NCBI GenBank assembly: GCA_002269645.1
Contig: NIVC01000730.1
Location: forward strand, 191,975-255,974
Direction of reading: 5' to 3'
Length of the DNA stretch: 64,000 nt
DNA from: Macrostomum lignano
Taxonomy: Eukaryota
Position 1 is the stretch's first letter. The number at the start of each line of letters is the position of its first letter. Both the position numbers and the translations under genes were made by a program. Of this stretch, positions 27,001-38,004 are shown piece by piece. A model generated the notes under the pieces. It was not told the DNA's origin. It ran no database searches and was given only the letters and a program-made list of their open reading frames with translations.

Positions 27001-29882
27001 ATTGAGTATTTTATTCTCGACAGACAGCTTTTTTTATGGTTGACATGGTGATTCTTTTGTCGCTTTTTCTTGTGTTGAGTTTTTTTCTGTATAAAGTAGC
27101 ATTTATTAAAATCTTACTTTTCAATTAATTACTCAGAAAAACAAAGAAAAAACAGGTAAACACTTTAGCAATGGTTTACCATCACTTTAGCAATGGTTTA
27201 CCATCACTTTAGCAATGGTTCACCAGCAGTTTAGCAATGGTTTAGCATCACTTTAGCAATGGTTCACCAGCAGTTTAGCAATGGTTTAGAATCACTTTAG
27301 CAATGGTTCACCAGCAGTTTAGCAATGGTTCACCAGTAGTTTAGCAATGGTTCACCATCACTTTAGCAATGGTTTACCATCACTTTAGCAATGGTTTACC
27401 ATCACTTTAGCAATGGTTCACCAGCAGTTTAGCAATAGTTCACCAGCAGTTTAGCAATGGTTCACCAGCAGTTTAGCAATGGGTTCACCGGCACTATTCC
27501 GCAAAATCTGCATAGGATACAATCATTATTGTCACAGGTCACAAAGATAAATTCGCTGCTTCAATGCAGGCTCGAACTGCTGACATCAAAGCATTCTGCT
27601 TAGCTTCTGCCGGATACTGCCTGCCTACTGCGGCTGTTTTGCCTATTGACATGTGGTCGAAATAATCTAGTTTAGCAACTTCAGCCGTTTGAAGTTAACC
27701 CCCAGAAATAGGCATTTATCCCTACAACAACCTGAAATTATTTCTGCATTAATCCCGCAAAAAGACTGCAGTTATTTCTTAGCAGCCGGCATTTATCATC
27801 CACTTTTTTTAAAACTTTTATTAAAATTAAGAATGCATGCCCTCAGCGGCATAGAATTGTCCCCTTAGCCAAAAATATTTCACTCAGCAGCCGCAGAAAT
27901 CCCCTAAACAACTTGTACTTAATCTTCCACAGTAAATATCCACTCAAAACTCAATAGTTAGTTATAAGCCTCAGAAGTCTGCCATTATCCTTTAATTAGT
28001 CCGCAGTTTTCCCTCTCAGCAGTCTGCAGCTATACGCTCATACGTCTGGAGGAACTACCTCAGCAGTTTGCAGTTGTTTCCACTTTGCAATCTGCAATGA
28101 TCCCTTCGACAGTCTGCAGTTCCCCTCAGCAGTCTGCAGTCATTTCATTTTCAGTCTACAAGTGTTCAATTAACAATTTTCAGTCATCCTCTCAGCAGCC
28201 TGCAGTTCTTCTCTCAGCCGGCTCCTCAGTCTCCTCTGCAAACTGCAATTTGCTCAGAATTGTACGGCTCACTAATCAATTTTCGATACATATCGGCAGT
28301 TTTGAAAATCTCAGCATTTAGCAATACCTTCAGCAGTTTTTTTCAGAATCGTCTGCAGTTTAGCAATTTCATACTTTCATGGAGCTAGGCAATATACCCA
28401 TTGATGGGATCAGTACGCTCGTAATACATGTACTTGAAGCAGTTTCTACAAATCAAATTTGCTTATCGACTTGTGCCAAACAGCAAAAATACGTGTAGTT
28501 CATTAAGTGTGCCTTGTTAATTAAGCATAAAAGTTTCAATTAGTCGAAGCACAAGCTAAAATAAATAATTAGTTCAATTTTAATTGTCCGCTGCGAGGTA
28601 GACTCGAACCTGGGACCTTACGCCTATCCTAAAACTGGTCCTAGTGCCTACAGTGCGGCTACTCCGCCTATTGATCGGAGGGCGACAAAATCAGCCATAT
28701 ATGCTTTGGCATTGCAGTCAAATACACAGCAGTGATAGGCTGCTTAGTGCACGGGTTGTATGCAGGCAGAGCCAATGCGCAGTTAAGTAAAATCTATAAA
28801 TTAGATTTAAGTCTGGAGGAACTAATTCACAGTCTGCAGTTCTTCTCTGGCCGGCACCTCAATCCCCTCAGAAAACTGCAATTTGCTCAGAATTGTACGG
28901 CTCACTAATCAATTTTCGATACATATCGGCAGTCTTGAAAAGCTCAGCATTTAGCAGCATTGTCTGCAGTTTAGTAATTTCGTACTTTTATGGAGCTAGA
29001 CAATACCCATTGATGGGATCAGTTATACTCGAAGCAGTTTTTACAAATCAAATTTGATTAGTGGCTAGTGCCGAGTAGCAAAAAATGAATTGCTAATTAA
29101 TAAAAAAATGTTTCAATTGAAATTAAATAAAAAATGTTTCAATTTGTCCAGGCACAAGCTATAAATTATTGAATTATTTTAATTTTAATTATCCACCGGG
29201 GAGGCAGACTCGAACCTTGGACCTTACGTCTAGCCTAAACCTAGTCCTAAGTGCCTACACTGCGGCTACTCCGCCTATTGATGGGAGGACAACAAAATCA
29301 GCCATATATCCTTCAGAACTGCAGTTAAAATACATAGCAGTGATAGGCTGCTCAGTGTGTAGGCGTGCAGGCGGAGCCAATGCACAGTTGATTGAGTGAA
29401 ATCTATAAATAGCAATTTTCTATGGAGTCCGCCAGTCAGAGCTAGGGTCAGAATGTACACATGCAGCCACTGAGCATTTTTTCTCCTTGCACACTGCAAC
29501 CAGTATTGAAGCTTACACAGTGGAGAGAGAAAAGTTATGGCGCAATCATAATTGGAATTGGAATTCAGCCAGTCCAGTCAAGAATTCAACCTAGTTTGCC
29601 CTACCATTAAAAGCATTGGGAAAACTCGTTTTTCGAATATTTAATACCTTTAGCATTAAAGCCGATTAAAGAAATTTTAACTGTCTTCTTTCCAGATAAT
29701 TACAAATCTTTTTGTAAAAACGCGATTAAAATTGGTCAATTGGTTCTATCTCTAGAACGTTATGCAAATACCAACACAAATTCTCTTCGAGTGAAAGCCA
29801 CACAAAGCAGCTATGACATAATCAAATACTCAGGCAGTCAGCATCAGTCTCAATTAAAGTTAGCAATATGGTTACGCAATTT
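21055..29882. repeat. Tandem triplication unit 3
   Basis: Near-identical to units 1 and 2; continues into unique sequence after gcaattt at 29882. Confidence 0.97.
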
Positions 29883-30400
29883 CTGTCTTTCAACTTGGCA
29901 CAGTGTTTTCAACTTGTAGTGATGCAATCTTTATCAAAATCAGAATTCAGTCAGTCGGTTTTTTCTCTAGCATTTTTACAGCGCATTTCAAGTCGAAAGA
30001 GCTGCTTGACCTTTGCAAAAAAGCATGTTTTTCGAATATTTAATCCCTTTAGCATTGAAGCAGATTAAAGAAATTTTAACCGTCTTCTTTCCAGACAATT
30101 TTGAATCTTTTGGCGAAAACGCGATGAAAATCGGTGAAGAATTGCAATCTGTAGAGCGTTATGGACAAACATACAAACAAACAAACAAACCTTAGAGATT
30201 TAGTATATTTATTAGAGATTTAGTATATTTAGATTATTATTATTATTATTATTTATTAGATAGATAGAAGATTAGAAGATAGATTAGATAGATAGATTTA
30301 GATTAGATAGAAGATAGAAGATAGATTAGATGGACATTCATTCAAACATACAAACCTTAGAGATTTAGTATATTTAGATTTACAAAACACTTGCTTAAAA
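29627..30400 (+). mobile_element. HINE-like element cut by the right breakpoint of the triplication
   Basis: Homologous to 6345-6560. Has a ~400-bp internal duplication (29627 vs 30026), an (ACAA)n microsatellite and repeated agagatttagtatatttagat ends. Confidence 0.5.
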
Positions 30401-30612
30401 TATGTAAATATATAGAAGTTGTTTAGGCCTAGGTCCAATGAATACAGAGGATATAGCAGTTTTTGGAACTTTGTAGTATTAGGCCTACTAGCTACTTTTG
30501 CAATAGGCTAAAGCATTATTCAGTAGTAGTATATTGTAAATTAATATCCCCATTGATTTTTTATTGTCTAGTATAAATAGATAATTGGATTAACACAATA
30601 AGTACCTTTGAC

Positions 30613-31256
30613 TAGTGTTCTACCATAGCCATAGCTATTGCTACGGGATCCTATAGCAAATATGGTAAAATAGATGCTTATGGCAACTATGGATGTGCCT
30701 ATGGTAGTTAGCTACTCTTATGGCTACAACTACGGAAATATGGTAGTTGCTGTCACTGTCACATTCTATAGTATAGATTCCTGTTACCATAGACATAGTT
30801 ATTAATTTAAAAAAATGGAAAAATACTAGAAACAGGTAGAATAAAACAAAGATACTTTAGTAAGCTGTATTATCAACTTAGAAACTTATAGAATATAGTA
30901 TATACCTAATAAAGTACAATAAAACACTAGCAAACTCTAATTTTTATTAATGTAAAAAAGTTCAGCATTAGTATTTTCAGTAGCGATTAAGTATTTATTG
31001 CTTTGTAAAAAGACAAAATGTAATCTTCCAAAGGCAATTGAGTGTTTCTTTTATTTTCTAAATTAATTTGCAGTTGTTTAAGCACTAGGTTATCTTCTTG
31101 ATTCAAAAAATTTTGTTTTATAGACTTTTTAAAACTATGGCTATGACTATGGGAACTATGGTAATATTGGTATCCCTATGGCTATGGATTATGGAGAGTT
31201 GGAATAAGCCATAGTTTTGATCATGGTACATAGACCCTCTTTACAGTAGAACACTG
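30613..31256. mobile_element. hAT-type MITE, 644 bp
   Basis: 8-bp TSD cctttgac at 30605-30612 and 31257-31264; TIRs tagtgttctac / gtagaacactg; subterminal CTAYGG repeats in inverted orientation. Confidence 0.85.
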
Positions 31257-31411
31257 CCTTTGACTATCTGCTTATTAGGCAAAAAGTCAAGCAATAATAG
31301 GCTTTTGGTATCCCATAAGATTGTCAATAAGATCTTGCTTGGATTGCACATAGTCTAACTTTAATAGTGCAATTTAACTCTCACTTTGATGGGATCATAG
31401 TGGTTTGATAA

Positions 31412-31676
31412 AGATTCTTGAAGATAAAAATGCTAGTATAAGATCTCAATCACCTATAAGCTTAAGATTAGAAAGCTTAGTCTTTGCTATAAATTATTTT
31501 TCTTTAAGTTGTCAGTCACTATCAATTATATTGAAAATATCTAGAATATCTAAGCTCTAGTTGATAGTGATTGACAATAGAAAGCAAAAGAATTTATAAC
31601 AGAGACTGTGCTTTTTTGATCTTTAGCTTATAATGTCATTGAAATCCTATACTAGCATCTCTATCTTCAAGAATCT
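31412..31676. repeat. Long imperfect inverted repeat (~120-bp arms, ~25-nt loop)
   Basis: 31412-31530 aligns to the reverse complement of 31556-31676 at roughly 80% identity (manual alignment). Confidence 0.85.
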
Positions 31677-32199
31677 GCCAAGTAGATCCTAAAATTTGAC
31701 AAAAATTATTATTTTATAATCAGCTTGATTAAGGATCATCTATAAGTGAGTTTATGCTTAAAGGTCATGCTTGAACTTAGGTACCCAATTTTAATAGGAT
31801 ATTTCAAAAGCCATCAAATTTAGATTCAAGAATTTGGTTTTGAGCCTTCTAGGGTCAAGGATTTGGTAATTGCTTTGTATTCAAATTTTAGATCTGAAGA
31901 ATTTTCCATGATAATGACAATTCATTTTCCATGAATAGCTAGAAATATTAAGGTATAATAGAAAATATGTAATACTCAGGGAGTTGAAAAAATTGTCATA
32001 GCCTTTTATTATATGGGTGTTTTGATCATGATTTTAGCACTATATTACCATTAGATCATAATCAAGTTTTAAACTTTTTAGTGTTCTTTATAAATTGATT
32101 TATATTTTTAGAAGTTTTATACCAATATAAGTCTTGTTGCCAGTACCTCCAAGCAAGAAAACCAGTAAAAACAAGACATTTTAACTTGAATCATTTAGA

Positions 32200-33190
32200 T
32201 ACTATCCATTGCCTGCAAGCATGTGCTAGCATCTTGCCATGCTAGGCTAGGTAGATAGATCTGTTCTAGTCCAGAGCAAATCCACCTAGCCTTAGAGAGA
32301 GGGCCTCTTGATAGCTATTGAAGCCCAAAAGTCATGTCCTAAATTAGTCACATAGGTTAGACAGTGACAAAGTGCTCTTATAGGAAATCCTGAAATAGTT
32401 GTGCAACATGCAATCAAGCATTGTCTATTTGCGAGCTGATCTCACTTAGTCAGACTAGGTTGAAACGAAAGTATGCCATAGGTTTATGATTCACTACACT
32501 AGAAATAGCTCACCATTTGCTAGGCATCTACCATCTCTGCGTGAGGCAATTTAATCAACTGAGAATTGCTTGTTGGCTGTGAACGTGACTATCAATAAGG
32601 ATTTCTACTTTGTAATGGCATTAAGGTACTGTTTCTGGGGCTCTCCTCTTTTAAACAAAGTCTTGTTCTTAGTCTTAATTCTATTAGCATCCCAATCCTA
32701 AGACACCCATGTCTCATCTTGTATATGCAAATTATACCTTGTCTCACATCTGTCTTTCCTTATCATTATCTCTGAGGTTGTGAGTTACCCATACTTAGCA
32801 TACCTATCTTAGCTATAGATCCTCTCAAAAGATACAAAGTATAGTGCTATGGTCCACTATTTAGCTGCTTAGCTAGATCACAAGATGAGAGGTGAGGATC
32901 CTCACAAACTATCTCCTTTACCTTTATGGCCAAGCGCTTCCCATATCTTATCAGTGGCATCTTTTATCCAGAATCTAGCAATATATGGTTTTCAGGGATA
33001 GAATATCATTGCCCCAAGCAGCTCAATCACCAAGCTTTAGGCAAGTAAGCCTGTGAAATTGAAAATGCATCTTATCAGGCTCAATGCTTTAACTGTGCTT
33101 TTCTTAGGCTCATTGCATGCCTTATAGACAAGGGTTTAGAGCTTGATTCCAAGTAAGTTTTTCATAGCAAGCCAGTTTGTTTATGGCCAT
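32200..33190 (-). pseudogene. Decayed mariner (Tc1/mariner, DD34D-like) transposase
   Basis: Motifs in correct order across frameshifts: HTH EDPHLSSCDLAKQL (32903-32862), WVTHNL = WVPHEL (32791-32774), DETWV (32718-32704), DNA*LHVA = DNARPH (32425-32402), DFW..KRP.L.G (32333 on). Many stops; TIRs not confidently located. Confidence 0.8.
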
Positions 33191-33626
33191 TTTTTATTTA
33201 AGTGAAAAAATTATGGATTATTAATTTTTGTAATTTATAGTTTAAACTGCAAATTTTGTTTAGCAAGAATGTATTAGATAATGCAAAAAAATATGTTTTA
33301 AATATAAATTATAACATATCCTTTGCAATTTTTATCTGTACAATGACTACAAATATTGAGGATCTATCTATAAGGTGGATTAAAAATTTAATGAGAACTA
33401 AATAATACATTCTATTAATGTGAAGCCTTTATGAACCTCCTTGGGCTATTGAGATTTGCTTTTAATAGAAGCTTTATTTGGCTATTGTATATTTATACAC
33501 AAAATTTGAACCTAAACAGCGTTTTATCTATAATTAACTGAAATTGCCATTTCTTTTCAGATTTTATTTATTTTCATTCAATGCAAAGCTATTGCATTGT
33601 TGGGATATTGGTCACTATAAAGCAAT

Positions 33627-34027
33627 ATGACAAGCTTGTCTGGTAAAGGCTTGGTCACTCTGACTGATCTTCCATATATGATACAGCTGCAGATACTTGC
33701 ATACCTGGACCTGCCAGAACTATTAAATAAAGTTGCACCTCTCAATAAATATTTTTATCATCTTGCTCATAATAGTAGGTTTTGGCAAAAGCTTGATTTC
33801 ACTAATTCTCAGTGTCATTTATCATTATCCTACTTGAGACAGCTACTTGGATTTGCACCATTGGCTAGCACTTTGATTTTGAGTCGGCAGGCCTGTGATA
33901 AAGCTGAATTATCAGATGATGTTGCAGATATTTTTGGTGAAGTGTTGCACCGATGCCCACAGCTCGTCTATCTGCAACTGGCATATTTAAGACCTAGTAA
34001 AGAAGCTCTTGCAGGATTATGCATTGG
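33627..34027 (+). CDS. F-box/LRR protein (FBXL family) exon 1, F-box domain
   Basis: LTDLPYMIQLQILAYLDLPELLNKVAPLNKYFYHLAHNSRFWQKLDF is an F-box; GT donor at 34028 (phase 2). Confidence 0.85.
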
Positions 34028-34602
34028 GTAAAGCTCTTGTTAATTTAAAGTTTGTACATGACGCTTCTACCCATCTTGTTTCATTTATATAATAATTTAT
34101 TATAATAAATTATCTTTCTTTCTGGCATTGTCTATCCTCCTTTAACTAGAAGGTAAAACAGCTTTCTACTTTCAGTTCAGTAGCAAAGAAGAATACATAA
34201 GCTATTTTATAAAAATAAAGGCAGCTGAAATCACTTTGATAAGTTTAGAAACCCAAGCTTGCAGGCGTAAAACAACTTGCTAATTGGTTCAGCAATAATG
34301 TACATTAGCCAGTCCACTGAAATGTACATGGCAGCTTTGGGCTGGAATTCCAAGAAAGGCACTAAAATTGGGGTGGGCGTGGGCTCCAACGTATTCGTGT
34401 GGAAAGGCGCAGTTAGAGGGTTTAACCTCGGGGGTAAGAGCCAATTAATGAGCCTTGGCTTTAAAAATACATGCAAATGTTTCTTTTCAACTTACTACTA
34501 AACTGAAAGTAGCTTACGCGGAAATGTGCTGCGTCACCCATCTAGTTATTCTAGTATCTGTGATCCACTCTGAGCACATTCCCACACGCTCTGTTCTGTC
34601 AG

Positions 34603-34960
34603 ACACAGGCACATGCAATCCAGTCAGCCAGTTGGTGGTTACCTGCTTCATCTGGATCTGAGCGGCAGCGACCAGCTCACACCGGAGCTGGTTGAAACGC
34701 TAGCCAGATCTTTTCCTCGGCTTCAATCGCTCTGTCTGGCCCACTGCAGGCAAGCCTGCGATTCCACTACTGGTCATCTTGGTCGCCTGCTTACTCAGCT
34801 GAGCTATATCAATTTAGATGAGAACACGACGCCACCCGAGGCGCTTAACCTGTTGTTGACGTCCCGCACAGACACCTTCGAGAGGGTGGTGCTTGATGCT
34901 AGCGGTTGCGAGTCGAGGCATCTGGCTCCGGCTCTGGCTAGCTGCTCGCGCTTGCGAATG
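34603..34960 (+). CDS. F-box/LRR protein exon 2 (LRRs)
   Basis: LLHLDLSGSDQLT, LQSLCLAHC. AG acceptor at 34601-2 (alternative 34607-8, same phase); GT donor at 34961. Confidence 0.85.
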
Positions 34961-35168
34961 GTGCGCGCGCTATATACCTGTCTTTGTCGCTGTCCATGAT
35001 AGTGCCAGGGACTACTCTAGTAGAAGGAGGCGGGTTTTTACTGATGGGCCATATTTATCAGAAAAGCCTAGTCTAGTCAGTATTTCTGAATATTTGAATT
35101 ATTGTCTAGTAAATAAATTCTCAAAATATCAATGTAAATTTTTATATCCCCGATCATCCCCGAATCAG

Positions 35169-35771
35169 CTTTGCTGCGACTTCGCCGAAGATGTCTCCGA
35201 CGAACTGCTGGACTCTGGCATCAGCCAGCTTGGCTGTCTGGAGTCCCTGACTTTGCGCAAAGCCTATCGAATCTCCGATGAGGCATTCAATCGCCTTGGC
35301 CAGTTTGGACATTTCCCCAGCCTGACTCACCTTGACCTCACCGAGTGTCGCTGCCTCACAGATGAAGGCCTGCATCATCTGGTGTCCAATTTCGGTCATA
35401 GGCTAGAGATCCTAGTGCTCAACTGGTGTTGGAAAATCACCGACAATACTGTTGATCTGCTATTTGACACGTGTCGCCTGATGAGCTCGTTGAGTCTAGT
35501 TGGTCTTCATCAGCTCACTGGCAGGCAGCTGCCGCTCGTTCCGGAGCGCATGCCAGATCTGCGCTTCCTGGACCTGCGCAACTGTAACGCTATCCAGGAC
35601 CCGCTGTGTCATCAGCTGGTGGCCCAGCGGCCGTGCCTCTGCATCGTCGACTTCTTCGGCTTCATTGTTGACGGCAGCTGCGATGCTGGCGGAGTCCCCG
35701 AGCCTGAGTCTGCCGCTGGGTTCACCTTCACTGAGCGTTGGACCCGGCCTCTGCGGCTGCTGAGAATGTAG
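35169..35771 (+). CDS. F-box/LRR protein exon 3 (cysteine-containing LRRs); spliced product ~453 aa
   Basis: LTHLDLTECRCLTDEGL, LEILVLNWCWKITD, LRFLDLRNCNAIQD; phase-0 acceptor at 35168; TAG at 35769. Confidence 0.9.
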   Translation, partial: LCCDFAEDVSDELLDSGISQLGCLESLTLRKAYRISDEAFNRLGQFGHFPSLTHLDLTECRCLTDEGLHHLVSNFGHRLEILVLNWCWKITDNTVDLLFDTCRLMSSLSLVGLHQLTGRQLPLVPERMPDLRFLDLRNCNAIQDPLCHQLVAQRPCLCIVDFFGFIVDGSCDAGGVPEPESAAGFTFTERWTRPLRLLRM

Positions 35772-35809
35772 CTTAATTGGTTTTTATGCTCATGTTTAAC
35801 ACCTTCCCA

Positions 35810-36318
35810 GCCTCCCAAATCCTCAGTTGCTGGGCCACCAGCATCTCAGATCCTCAGTTGCTGGGCCAGCCTCCCAGATCCTCAGTTGCTGGGCCAGCCT
35901 CTCAGATCCTCAGTTGCTGGGCCAGCCTCCCAGATCCTCAGTTGCTGAGCCAGCTTCCCAGATCCTCAGTTGCTGGGCCAGTCTCTCAGATCCTCAGTTA
36001 CTGAGCCAGCTTCCCAGATCCTCAGTTGCTGGGCCAGCTTCCCAGATCCTCAGTTGCTGGGCCAGCCTCCCAGATCCTCAGTTGCTGGGCCAGTCTCTCA
36101 GATCCTCAGTTGCTGGGCCAGCTTCCCAGATCCTCAGTTGCTGGGCCAGCCTCCCAGATTCTCAGTTGCTGGGCCAGTCTCTCAGATCCTCAGTTACTGA
36201 GCCAGCTTCCCAGATCCTCAGTTGCTGGGCTGCCAGCCCCCCAGATCCTCAGTTGCTGGGCCAGCCTCCCAGATCCTCAGTTGCTGGGCCAGCCCCCCAG
36301 ATCCTCAGTTGCTCAGCC
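35810..36318. repeat. 28-bp minisatellite (AGCCTCCCAGATCCTCAGTTGCTGGGCC), ~18 units
   Basis: Starts ~40 bp after the FBXL stop; same family as 40428-41003. Confidence 0.95.
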
Positions 36319-36954
36319 ATGCCTTTAGGTTCAGAGTCAAACTACATAGTTACTAGGCTTTCTTTTTCGCAAATATTTGTTGCTACTAGCTGTTTGTGTT
36401 TTGTTATGTTTCATAATCAACTATACCATAAAATTAGTTTGCTTGACAAAAACTAAAACTTTTGATTCTTGTTGCATATATTGTGCAGTTGGTTGAGATA
36501 GCAAATCATGTGGATTTGCTCTCAGCTACATGTTAAAGTTTCAACCCGGAAACCAGTGGTCAACTTTTCTCAAATCAGAAATTTGTCGACCATTGGTTTT
36601 GGGGTAGAAAATTGAACATTTCGCTGATGTAACTTAATTGCATTTTAATTTAGATTGTCAAAGCTGCACTTAGTAACCTGGCATGCGCCCAACTCTTGTG
36701 CTGTAATTATTGTGATGGCTGTTTTTTAAATAAAGAAACTATTCCTTAAAAATTAAATAAGGATTTGGCATTTCAAACAAGTTGCTGATTCCGGAATCAT
36801 TTTTGACATTGTAAGTTTTTAAAGAGTGTTTTTAAATGCTAGGTTTTCGTTCAAACCTATACCGCACTTGTTTATAAAACTGCCTTGCGGTAAAACCGTT
36901 TAATTATTTTATTTGTTTGTTTCAGCCAGCCAGACACAGGGCGACTGCGTCTCA

Positions 36955-38004
36955 ATGATCTCTTCAATTGTTTCAAGTGCTCGTTTGGCAGGACCTCTGA
37001 CCCAGAGACTCGGTTGGGTGTCTCTTCTTCCGACGTTGACGAAAACTTCCTCTTTAATTTTGCGTCACTCGTGTCGCTATGCTCAACCAGTAGCTTTGTC
37101 GTCAACCCGATCGGTTCAAGTCAGTCCGAGTGTCAGGTTCTTCTCTTCGAAATCTTCGACTCCAACGCATTCGTCTTCGTCTGATAGCGACAGCGACTCC
37201 GATAGCGACTCTTCTTCGTCAGATTCGGATAGCGAATCGGAGGAGGCTGGTTCGAATCCCGGCCCAACGCATAAGTCCGTGTCGGGATCGTCCACTAAGA
37301 CTGGACTTAAAGGGGGTCTTGATGGTGGTGGCATTTTTGCCGCTGCTGCCGCTGGTGTGGCCGCGAAAGCAACAAAAGGATTGACAGAAAGTTCTTCGAT
37401 TGGTTCAAAGCAGCTAGATTCCGGAAGTCCTTCCGGTTCCAAGCCGTCTTCCCCAGAAAGTCAGTCTGATTCGAAGCCATTAACCGGAAGTCCACCAGCT
37501 TCGAAACTACCAACTACCGGAAGTCCACCAGCTTCGCAACCACCAACTACCGGAAGTCCACCAGCTTCGCAACCACCAACTACCGGAAGTTCCGCAAGTC
37601 CACCAGCTTCGCAACCACCAACTACCGGAAGTTCCGCAAGTCCACCAGCTTCGCAACCACCAACTACCGGAAGTTCCGCAAGTCCACCAGCTTCGCAACC
37701 ACCAACTACCGGAAGTTCCGCAAGTCCACCAGCTTCAAAACCACCAACAACCGGAAGTACCGGAAGTGCATCGGGTTCAAATACGTCAGCAAGCGGCAGT
37801 CTATCCGCTACTTCAGGCGCCTTATCGGACTCAAGTCGTATCTATTTGGGCAAATTTTCGGCCAGCATTGATTCAGTGGACAAGTCTCTTGACTACAAGA
37901 ACACTGAGTACTTTGTGTTTGACGACTTGTCTTTCTACGACTACGAGATGATGATGGAAACTAAGCGTCTGCCTCAGCCTAAGAGCAAGCTCACCGATTA
38001 CTGA
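36955..38004 (+). CDS. NDUFV3: NADH dehydrogenase flavoprotein 3-like, long form (~349 aa)
   Basis: Arg-rich presequence ending RFFSS, Ser/Pro/Thr-rich middle, C-terminal YKNTEYFVFDDLSFYDYEMMMETKRLPQPKS matching the NDUFV3 signature. ATG at 36955 follows a tttcag acceptor. Confidence 0.8.
   Translation: MISSIVSSARLAGPLTQRLGWVSLLPTLTKTSSLILRHSCRYAQPVALSSTRSVQVSPSVRFFSSKSSTPTHSSSSDSDSDSDSDSSSSDSDSESEEAGSNPGPTHKSVSGSSTKTGLKGGLDGGGIFAAAAAGVAAKATKGLTESSSIGSKQLDSGSPSGSKPSSPESQSDSKPLTGSPPASKLPTTGSPPASQPPTTGSPPASQPPTTGSSASPPASQPPTTGSSASPPASQPPTTGSSASPPASQPPTTGSSASPPASKPPTTGSTGSASGSNTSASGSLSATSGALSDSSRIYLGKFSASIDSVDKSLDYKNTEYFVFDDLSFYDYEMMMETKRLPQPKSKLTDY
37484..37760 (+). repeat. In-frame coding minisatellite (33/42 bp; SPPASQPPTTG[SSA]) in NDUFV3
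   Basis: ~7 units, all multiples of 3 nt. Confidence 0.9.

Noticed and set aside
29441-29446. Bacterial Dcm (CCWGG) methylation artefact as the cause of the C-to-T differences
   Set aside because: Only one of the five transitions is in CCWGG; the others are TCAG or CpG, and the flank-wide depletion is far too extensive.
6452-29499. ORFs of 60-113 aa repeated three times in the macro-repeat
   Set aside because: No recognisable domains, many start at non-ATG codons, and they overlap repeat fields. They recur only because the DNA is triplicated.
31386-31960. Possible decayed cyclic-nucleotide-binding exon upstream of the F-box gene (+), or a decayed ORF on - (LDYDLMV...)
   Set aside because: Stop density is similar in all frames, no diagnostic motif is present, and much of the region is explained by the inverted repeat.
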